IMG/VR virus record: IMGVR_UViG_3300034355_000644 | Span: 5,850-69,849 of that record | Length of the DNA stretch: 64,000 nucleotides | From: a virus | Reading direction: 5' to 3' (one strand) | Position numbers and translations under genes: made by a program | Notes under the pieces: model-generated | Told to the model about the DNA's origin: nothing | The model's database searches: none | What the model saw: only the letters and a program-made list of their open reading frames with translations | Shown: positions 56,830-64,000 of the stretch, in pieces | Numbering within the stretch: the first letter of the stretch is position 1 | Layout: every line of letters begins with the position of its first letter

Positions 56830-57594
56830 CTACTCATAGTCAAACAATCCACCCAATTGATCTTTTTCATCATTGTTGTTTTTATGAGATTCAATTCTGT
56901 TTTTTGCAATTTCAAAATACTTTTCTTCTTTTTCAATACCGATAAAATTTCTGTTGGTATTGATACAAGCTATGCCGGTTGTGCCCGAACCCATGCAGTT
57001 GTCTAACACTGTTTCGTTCTCGTTGGTATATGTTTTTATCAGATACTCCATTAAGGCAACAGGTTTTTGAGTTGGGTGTAATTTTTCTTTATCTCTTTTT
57101 ATTTCAACCCAAGACAAAGGAAATCTTTCGCCAGATTCATTGTTTGTTTCCGTCAAATCTTTTCCAACATAAACGTCACTAGCAGAGCCTCTTGTGCATT
57201 TATACGGTTTACCTTTTGTTTTTTGAGGATTATATGTTGGCAGTGATTTATAAAAAACAAGAATATCTTCATGTGCCCTAAGAGGCATACGATTGGCGTT
57301 ATAGAATCCTGTTGCTGCTTTTTTTATCCATTTCAAATCATATCTAAAATCATTTATGTTTGATGAAATTAAAACAGTAGTAAACGGCTGTGCCGCAGTC
57401 AGAACAATTGCTCCATTTTTTTTTATAATTCTTTTGTATTGCAACCATAAGCCATCAATAGGAATAATTGAATCCCACTTACACGCCGTTGTCCCATACG
57501 GCAAATCACATAGAATCATATCTATACTCCCATCGGGAATATCTTTCATGATATCCAAGCAATCGCCATGTCTTAAATCATTCATCTTTACCAA
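56830..57594 (-). CDS. DNA methyltransferase (N6-A/N4-C, beta class)
   Basis: GDCL, DLPYG, HPTQKPVAL, VLDNCMGSGTT, FIGIE. Confidence 0.92.
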   Translation of the reverse strand: MVKMNDLRHGDCLDIMKDIPDGSIDMILCDLPYGTTACKWDSIIPIDGLWLQYKRIIKKNGAIVLTAAQPFTTVLISSNINDFRYDLKWIKKAATGFYNANRMPLRAHEDILVFYKSLPTYNPQKTKGKPYKCTRGSASDVYVGKDLTETNNESGERFPLSWVEIKRDKEKLHPTQKPVALMEYLIKTYTNENETVLDNCMGSGTTGIACINTNRNFIGIEKEEKYFEIAKNRIESHKNNNDEKDQLGGLFDYE

Positions 57595-58808
57595 ACTCGT
57601 AATATTACCAAGTTCTCATTTGATCTACCAGACCACTTTGTCTCGGTAGATTTAATCTCTTTGAACAATTTTCTCAATGCCGGTTTTCCTTCTTTTGTAA
57701 ATTTACCAATAATTTCTTGAGGCTTCCTTATCGTTTTTTGAACGGTCTTACTAGCGTCAAATCCAACAATACTTGATCCTTTTATTGTTAACGACCCTGC
57801 ATTAAAATCAGCCGCAACATAAATCAATTTTCTCTTTGCATTATCATACAACCATGCTTCTTGGGCCGCAACAATTTTAGCTGGGGCTTCTGATTTTATT
57901 TTTAATTCAGGAACATCTCTGAGATACTTAAATTTAACAGCCAACCTTTCTGGGCTCACCGCCTTTTTAGCTCTTGGCTTTCGCTCTGTTTTTTTAACTT
58001 GCAAGTACGATAAACAATCAGATAAAACCTGTTCAATAAATTTAATTATGTTTCTTAGTTGTATTTTAGTATACCCACTATACGATTCAGTAACATACTC
58101 ATCATCGCCAGAATAGGCCAACTTTACTTCGTTTAAGTCTTTTTGCCAAATATCGGAGATATATGATGTGTGTTGAGGCGATACGTTCATTGATCGCATA
58201 ACATTGATCGGCTTTATGTCAGCCGTCATCTTGCAACCAGATTTGATAAATGTCTCATACATTGCGTCAATCTCAGATGCGGCTTCCTTTACTTTTTCAA
58301 GTAGCCTATCTTGAATAGTCGGTTTCTTATCTTCATCGTCTATGTCTGTTACCGGCTTTCTCTTTGATACTCGCATTGACTCAATAGTATTTTCTATTGA
58401 GCTTTTTTCATGATCGGTCAATTCAAGCCCCATCAGATTCATTCTTGCTAACCAGCATTGAGTAACCGATATTTCACCATCTGGTATAGATTTTACTACT
58501 TTAATATCATTGGGTCGCTTATTCAACGTCAACCAATGAATCATCATTTCTTTTGCTTCCTTTTGCTTGAAGTATCCATTATACCAAGTAAAGGCGCGAG
58601 CAAGTTTGCTGAATCTTTCTTCTTTTTTTGGTTGAATTTCCCAAGATGGCTCTGGTCCTACATACTTTGTATCGCCGCCAATAAAAGAAAATGGTTTTAG
58701 TTCATTACTTTTTTCTGATGTTTTAGCTTTTACGGCACGTGCAACCGTTCTTTTTGTTTTCGGCTTCGTTGCTGTTTTTGTTGTTTTTTTGGTTACGATT
58801 TTTGCCAT
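57588..58808 (-). CDS. conserved hypothetical phage protein
   Basis: 406-aa ORF, basic N-terminal tail, C-terminal KT.RKP...GR.N...IL. Confidence 0.75.
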   Translation of the reverse strand: MAKIVTKKTTKTATKPKTKRTVARAVKAKTSEKSNELKPFSFIGGDTKYVGPEPSWEIQPKKEERFSKLARAFTWYNGYFKQKEAKEMMIHWLTLNKRPNDIKVVKSIPDGEISVTQCWLARMNLMGLELTDHEKSSIENTIESMRVSKRKPVTDIDDEDKKPTIQDRLLEKVKEAASEIDAMYETFIKSGCKMTADIKPINVMRSMNVSPQHTSYISDIWQKDLNEVKLAYSGDDEYVTESYSGYTKIQLRNIIKFIEQVLSDCLSYLQVKKTERKPRAKKAVSPERLAVKFKYLRDVPELKIKSEAPAKIVAAQEAWLYDNAKRKLIYVAADFNAGSLTIKGSSIVGFDASKTVQKTIRKPQEIIGKFTKEGKPALRKLFKEIKSTETKWSGRSNENLVILRVW

Positions 58809-58810
58809 AA

Positions 58811-59083
58811 TTAGTTTGTATTAAGAATAGCTACGAACAAGTATTGGTCAATTGTTTCAATCAACTCGTCTACTTGATCTTTGGTAAGAGTATACATTGA
58901 TGTTACTCTATTACGCCGACGGCACTCTATCTCTTCTTTTGAGAGAGTGGTTACTTTTTCATCAGCAGTTTTGATGATCTTGATTAAATCATTGTAATAC
59001 ACCGGATCGGTGATTTGCTTGATTTTTTCCTTGTATTCTTCTACAAGATTTCTATAATGTTGAATGATATTATCGCTTGACAT
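58811..59083 (-). CDS. hypothetical coiled-coil protein
   Basis: 90-aa ORF behind TAAATA (59096-59101). Confidence 0.65.
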   Translation of the reverse strand: MSSDNIIQHYRNLVEEYKEKIKQITDPVYYNDLIKIIKTADEKVTTLSKEEIECRRRNRVTSMYTLTKDQVDELIETIDQYLFVAILNTN

Positions 59084-59107
59084 ATTTCTTAATACTATTT
59101 AGCGATG

Positions 59108-59398
59108 TTAACTGAATCGCAATATAAACGCAGTAGCATCAATTTCATTGGCAAATTCAATGTAATACACTGAATTATATAATTCTTCGGCTTGATTGTC
59201 TGGCAATAGTTCATAAATCATAAGGCCATGCAATTCATCCTTAACCCAAGAAAAAAACTCTTTGACTACCGGCGAATTGGATGGGCCGAATTCTTCAAGG
59301 AAGACTGCTATCTTCCTTGCTGCGACTTCGTCAGTTTCCCAACAACAAAGTAGATTGAATAAACTTTTTTTAGATAATTTCAACCTAGTCATCTTCAT
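59108..59398 (-). CDS. hypothetical protein
   Basis: C-terminal IEF..E.DATAFILRFS motif. Confidence 0.65.
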   Translation of the reverse strand: MKMTRLKLSKKSLFNLLCCWETDEVAARKIAVFLEEFGPSNSPVVKEFFSWVKDELHGLMIYELLPDNQAEELYNSVYYIEFANEIDATAFILRFS

Positions 59399-59808
59399 TT
59401 CTTTTCACTCAATTCAAGCTCAAGATCATGCCAATCACCATTAAAGAATACTGACCACACATTATCTTGAGTGAAGATATACTCAAATTCTTCGTATTGG
59501 TGATTTTCCTCATAATCACTCAGCGATTCAAATTCTTCAATCACAATGACTTCGCCACGATAAGTGTAATACACGGTGTAATCATCTTCATCATCGTGCT
59601 TTTTATTAAATGACTTTTCATCATCGGATACATATTCGCCTAATGAGCTAATTGATCCACCTGCAAGCAGCTTTTCTACTGCTTCACGAGTATTGTAGTG
59701 TTCAAGGAGAGTTTTACCAACGCCTTCAAGATACCCATCCCAATGACAGTAAACTTGAGATACAGTTCCATCATTGTTTTCAATTGCGATAGTAGATCGT
59801 GTGGCCAT
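59395..59808 (-). CDS. conserved early phage protein
   Basis: MATRS.I...VYCHWDGY..GVG..L..HY...G.ISSL. Confidence 0.75.
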   Translation of the reverse strand: MATRSTIAIENNDGTVSQVYCHWDGYLEGVGKTLLEHYNTREAVEKLLAGGSISSLGEYVSDDEKSFNKKHDDEDDYTVYYTYRGEVIVIEEFESLSDYEENHQYEEFEYIFTQDNVWSVFFNGDWHDLELELSEKK

Positions 59809-59840
59809 GTTTTTTCTCTGTTGTGGTGAAGAAGATGTGT

Positions 59841-59868
59841 ATTATACAGAAAATTTTGGTGATGTCAA
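59841..59868 (-). promoter_or_regulatory. sigma70-type early promoter
   Basis: TTGACA-N16-TATAAT. Confidence 0.75.
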
Positions 59869-59921
59869 GCGTTTTTCTCGGCGAAGATTGCATAAATACT
59901 CCATAACCAAGGAGTAACTTC

Positions 59922-61301
59922 GTGCCAAGATTAAGTGCATATCGACCAACAAAGACCAATGATTTTAGATATTTCGACAGAAATATAAGGCAAATGTATC
60001 AAGTTGGAGGTTTGGATGTCTATTGTCATAAGTACTTGGGTCCACAAGTAGGCAACGAAGGCACCCCAGACGTAACTATCCCTGTATATAATAACGAAAG
60101 TCCGCTATTCATTGAGGATTTATTACTGCTTGAGAACAGAGATAGAAACTACGAATCAAATATTTACATTCTTCGTATGGCATATCTTGAAAGAGATATT
60201 GATTTTGACTTAACTCAATTCGGGTTGTTTTTGAATAATGATACTTTGTTCTTATCAACTTTGTACTCGGACATGATGGACATATTTGGTAGAAAATTGA
60301 TGGCTGGAGATTGCCTTGAATTTCCGAATCTACGCGATTATAACCCATTAGATACCAGCATTTCCAAATCATTACCAAGATATTATGTCATTCAAGAAGC
60401 AGCATGGGGTGCAGAAGGATTCAGTCAGACTTGGTTGCCACATCTTTGGAGAATTAAAGCAACACCATTGGTCAATGCTCAAGAATATAAAAGCATATTG
60501 AATAAACCCTTTGAACCCGATAATATATGGGATCCGGGTAATTTTTATCCAGCAGGAACGATTGTTAATGATTGTGGTAAATTTTACAGAGCTAAACAGA
60601 ATGTCCCACCAAACGAAGATATAACTAATCCTGCATATTGGGAGTGGATTGAAGACCCAACTACAATTGCCGATGTTATCAGCACATATAACAAAGACCT
60701 TGCAATCAACGAGGCTATATTGGCTCAGGCTCATATTGAGGTTCCGTTGAGTGGGTTTGATGCGACTAAATTTTATATTATACCAACCTACGACGACAAT
60801 CAACCCGCACCACCTCGGAGTGGCAATCCTGATATGGAGCAAGTGACACCAAATACCACCAAACCATACTCTGGCTATTTGACCGGAGACGGGACTGCCC
60901 CAAATGGGTTACCAGTGACACCGGGCGTATCGTTCCCTCTAGGAGCCACTAAAGGACAATACTGTTTGCGGTTGGATTACTACCCTTCAAGGCTTTTCAG
61001 ATATGACGGGAACATTTGGATACATATATCAGATGATGTGAGAACTGATCTATACCAGATTCCTGGTTTGGATAACACTCAACGCAGTAGTTTTGTAAAT
61101 AACACCTATACCGTTAATACTGCAACTCAAGGATGGATACCGAGCAGGCAATCCCTCAGCGATGCATTGATGCCACTTGCACAAAATGGCAACGATGGCG
61201 GTGATAAGGTGCCGAATCCAAGACCGATTACACAACCGGGACAAAAAGGACAATTTTGGGTACCACCACCACCGGACCTAGACCCCCAACCGGACGATTG
61301 A
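59922..61301 (+). CDS. gp14: neck / head-closure protein (gp14-like)
   Basis: IEDLLLLENRDR.Y, DL.QFGLF, GRKLM.GD.LE.P, W.PHLWR; late box 59893-59898, AGGAG RBS. Confidence 0.75.
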   Translation: MPRLSAYRPTKTNDFRYFDRNIRQMYQVGGLDVYCHKYLGPQVGNEGTPDVTIPVYNNESPLFIEDLLLLENRDRNYESNIYILRMAYLERDIDFDLTQFGLFLNNDTLFLSTLYSDMMDIFGRKLMAGDCLEFPNLRDYNPLDTSISKSLPRYYVIQEAAWGAEGFSQTWLPHLWRIKATPLVNAQEYKSILNKPFEPDNIWDPGNFYPAGTIVNDCGKFYRAKQNVPPNEDITNPAYWEWIEDPTTIADVISTYNKDLAINEAILAQAHIEVPLSGFDATKFYIIPTYDDNQPAPPRSGNPDMEQVTPNTTKPYSGYLTGDGTAPNGLPVTPGVSFPLGATKGQYCLRLDYYPSRLFRYDGNIWIHISDDVRTDLYQIPGLDNTQRSSFVNNTYTVNTATQGWIPSRQSLSDALMPLAQNGNDGGDKVPNPRPITQPGQKGQFWVPPPPDLDPQPDD

Positions 61302-61315
61302 CCAAGCGGATAATC

Positions 61316-61447
61316 CTACTTACATTTCTCGTTGCAGTTTCTACCTTGATTGCAATCTTGTCCGCAACTGGTAAGATTGCTTCCTTTGATATAAATCCAA
61401 ACTGCTCCAATCACCGACGATATTGCGAATATTATTAAACCATTCAT
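61316..61447 (-). CDS. 43-aa membrane peptide with Cys-rich tail
   Basis: MNGLIIFAISSVIGAVWIYIKGSNLTSCGQDCNQGRNCNEKCK; GAGG RBS; TTGACT-N17-TATGAT upstream. Confidence 0.6.
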   Translation of the reverse strand: MNGLIIFAISSVIGAVWIYIKGSNLTSCGQDCNQGRNCNEKCK

Positions 61448-61539
61448 TATTTTACCTCTGATTATGATCATACTGCTTATTTTGCCATAAGTCAAGTACT
61501 TTGTAGCTAAATACTGTAACATCATTAAAAGGTTATATT

Positions 61540-62964
61540 ATGTCACAATTTTTTTATAATTCTCAGATTCGGCGTTACTTATTGCAAGTAACCAGAGTAT
61601 TTTCACACTTTTTTGTTGAATTTTCGAGGGACACCGAGGGAGAAAGAGATTTATATCGCGTACCTGTAAAATATGGAGACGCATCAAGGCAAGCTCAAAC
61701 CATTCTCCAAAACAATTCCGCATCAAGTATGCCATCAGTGCCGCTTATCACGTTCTACATCGCTGGAATGGATTATGATAGGCCAAGAATTCAGAATCCA
61801 ACATACGTTGGTCGTTCAGATATCCGACAACGAACATATTGTGAACAAACCGGAGAATGGACCACATTAGAAGGCAATGCCTTTACCGTAGAGCGATTGA
61901 TGCCAGTTCCATACAAGATGACTATCAATGTAGATATATGGACCAGCAATACTAATCAAAAGATGCAAATTTTTGAACAGTTAGCTGTGCTATTTAATCC
62001 CAGTTTGGAAATTCAAGCAACGAGCAATTGGTTTGATTGGTCAACGCTCACTATTATTGAATTGATTAAAACAACATGGTCATCAAAGACTATACCAGTG
62101 GGAACAGAAGACCCTATTGACATCAACACGTTTGAATTTGATATTCCAATTTGGATTTCAAGTCCGCTTAAAGTGAAGAAATATGGCGTGGTTGAGAAAA
62201 TCATTGCTTCTGTTTTTGATTCTGAGGCAGATATGATTAACGCCATTGGCAACGGTGATTTATTAACGGGAACAAGAGCGACCATTACGCCGTATGCTTA
62301 TAAAGTATTGCTAACTGGCAACAGAGTGCAAGCCTTACGGCAGAATCAAGTAGTACAACCATCTGAATTTAGCTTTGAGCCACCAGAACCACCCGACAGT
62401 GATCTATTTTGGCCATCCATTGTTCAAATGTATGGTACAATAAAAACTACTCCAAGTACTCAAGATTGTATTCGTCCGGGTATTAGCTTAATGAGCTTGA
62501 CACAACAAGATGGAAATGAGATTATTGGTACCATATCATATGATCCATTTGATAATAGATTCTTGTTATTCACGATTGATCCATCTACTTTACCAGGTAA
62601 TACATTACCACCAGTAGATGCCGTGATTGATCCTCAAAAAGTGGGTCCGGGTATGGGATTGCCCAATCGTGGTATTGGTCAACGATACTTAATCACGAAT
62701 GCTACTGGCAGTGATCGGGGCTATGCGGTGGGATGGTTGGGTGCTGATAATACTCCATTGATTGCCGAGAAGAATGACATTATTGAATATGATGGTAATA
62801 AATGGTTTGTGGCGTTTTCTGCCGCTGATAGCCACGATGACATTGAATACGTTGCCAATATCACCGACGAGGTTCAATATAAATGGGGTGGTGGAATGTA
62901 TGATGAATGGGTGCGTTCTGTACAGAATGTGTATGCTGGTGGTGATTGGCGACTGATTTTGTAA
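61540..62964 (+). CDS. gp15: tail sheath stabilizer/completion protein (gp15-like) with C-terminal extension
   Basis: FFY..QIRRY..Q....F..F, VPV.YG, PVPY......IW..N..QK.QI.EQ...LFNP. Confidence 0.85.
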   Translation: MSQFFYNSQIRRYLLQVTRVFSHFFVEFSRDTEGERDLYRVPVKYGDASRQAQTILQNNSASSMPSVPLITFYIAGMDYDRPRIQNPTYVGRSDIRQRTYCEQTGEWTTLEGNAFTVERLMPVPYKMTINVDIWTSNTNQKMQIFEQLAVLFNPSLEIQATSNWFDWSTLTIIELIKTTWSSKTIPVGTEDPIDINTFEFDIPIWISSPLKVKKYGVVEKIIASVFDSEADMINAIGNGDLLTGTRATITPYAYKVLLTGNRVQALRQNQVVQPSEFSFEPPEPPDSDLFWPSIVQMYGTIKTTPSTQDCIRPGISLMSLTQQDGNEIIGTISYDPFDNRFLLFTIDPSTLPGNTLPPVDAVIDPQKVGPGMGLPNRGIGQRYLITNATGSDRGYAVGWLGADNTPLIAEKNDIIEYDGNKWFVAFSAADSHDDIEYVANITDEVQYKWGGGMYDEWVRSVQNVYAGGDWRLIL

Positions 62965-62965
62965 T

Positions 62966-63394
62966 GTGGACAGGCGAATAGAAGCGGTTGGTGTATTGTT
63001 CTACTCAGTAGATACTAATAGATATCTATATCTGATGCGGAACGACGAAAAACATCGTGGAATGTGGTCTTTGCCGGGTGGCAAACAGGAGAACAATGAG
63101 TCATTACTTGAATCATTGATGCGAGAATGTCGTGAGGAGATAGGATTTTGGCCGGATTTTTTGCAATTAACTCCATTAGAACGATTCACCAATACAAATA
63201 ATAATTTTACTTATCATACATTCTTTGCGGCAATATCTTCTGAGTTTGTGCCAAAACTAAATCATGAACATTTTGGCTACACGTGGGTCAACCGTGGAAT
63301 TATTCCTCGCCCATTGCATCCAGGATTAAAGTCAACATTACAATATCGTGAGATAAAGTCTAAGATACGATCATTAGAAAAATTTTTTGATTAA
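62966..63394 (+). CDS. NUDIX hydrolase
   Basis: WSLPGGKQENNESLLESLMRECREEIG Nudix box; LNHEH..Y.W; PLHPG. Confidence 0.9.
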   Translation: MDRRIEAVGVLFYSVDTNRYLYLMRNDEKHRGMWSLPGGKQENNESLLESLMRECREEIGFWPDFLQLTPLERFTNTNNNFTYHTFFAAISSEFVPKLNHEHFGYTWVNRGIIPRPLHPGLKSTLQYREIKSKIRSLEKFFD

Positions 63395-63420
63395 AAAAGG
63401 GTGCATTAAGCACCCTTTTT
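63393..63420. terminator. bidirectional intrinsic terminator
   Basis: AAAAAAGGGTGC-ATTAA-GCACCCTTTTT between convergent genes. Confidence 0.85.
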
Positions 63421-63443
63421 AGTATCATAACATTGTATGATTT

Positions 63444-64000
63444 TTACTCTTTTGATTCAAGCTTTTCAATTCTCGTAATCAATTCAGCGATTACTTCATT
63501 TTGATCCTTGATAGCAGCAAAAGCAAGTGCCGATAGTTTCTCATAGTCTACAGCCAGTGATCCATCGATTCTTGTGCGAGTAGCCAACGGGAATACCGCT
63601 TGAACATCTTGAGCGATAACACCAAAGTCACGCTTGACCACGAAGAATCCATCTTCGCCACCGTGTTCTCTGATATAATCGTCTGTCCAATCAAACGTTT
63701 TACCACCGATATATGTAACTGCCGATAGAGCATTTGAAATATCAACAATGTTTTCCTTAAACGCTACGTCCGATGTTGCGAATGCTTGAATCTGACCAGT
63801 AGCTCTGAGTTCACCAGCAACTCCGCTCGGTGCGATACCCACACCAACCGAATTACCGATGTTGGCACTGCCAGCAGTTGTAAAGCTGCTTGCCGATACT
63901 TCTCCATTAGATACCAATGCGTTAACTGTCGCAATATTGGCAACATTTAGAGTAGAACTGAATGTTCCGGTTGTACCACTGATTGCTCCATTAGATACCA
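63444..64000 (-). CDS. C-terminus of tail fibre with peptidase S74 intramolecular chaperone (5'-truncated)
   Basis: SD..FKENI..I..AL, F.W, GVIAQDV..VFP, AVDYEKL...AIK + coiled coil. Confidence 0.88.
   Translation of the reverse strand, partial: VSNGAISGTTGTFSSTLNVANIATVNALVSNGEVSASSFTTAGSANIGNSVGVGIAPSGVAGELRATGQIQAFATSDVAFKENIVDISNALSAVTYIGGKTFDWTDDYIREHGGEDGFFVVKRDFGVIAQDVQAVFPLATRTRIDGSLAVDYEKLSALAFAAIKDQNEVIAELITRIEKLESKE

Noticed and set aside
1-64000. tRNA or rRNA genes, integrase, reverse transcriptase/DGR
   Set aside because: None recognised by eye; the near-identical repeats do not show adenine-specific variation and no RT is present.

Overview
AT-rich segment of a large T4-like (jumbo) myophage genome, mostly coded on the minus strand. 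It holds replication/recombination genes (primase, DnaB-like helicase, UvsW, UvsX, UvsY, gp32-like SSB, a minimal DnaE-like polymerase fragment), a sugar/methyl-modification island (20.6-26 kb), terminase subunits, a block of probable internal head proteins, tail sheath/tube, neck and tail-completion genes, five free-standing GIY-YIG-type endonucleases and a solitary TnpB. Late genes use a TAAATA promoter box. Most notable: four of the five GIY-YIG genes form cassettes, each headed by the same 78-80 bp two-hairpin element. The element shows compensatory base changes and is bounded by convergent TAAATA boxes. The nucleases carry exchangeable arrays of 32-aa repeats with variable junction residues, and one cassette is flanked by a 47-bp duplication. 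A second unexplained structure is a GC-rich 140-bp unit present twice, bounded by four copies of a short hairpin, upstream of the SSB gene. All product calls come from motif recognition by eye; no database searches were run.
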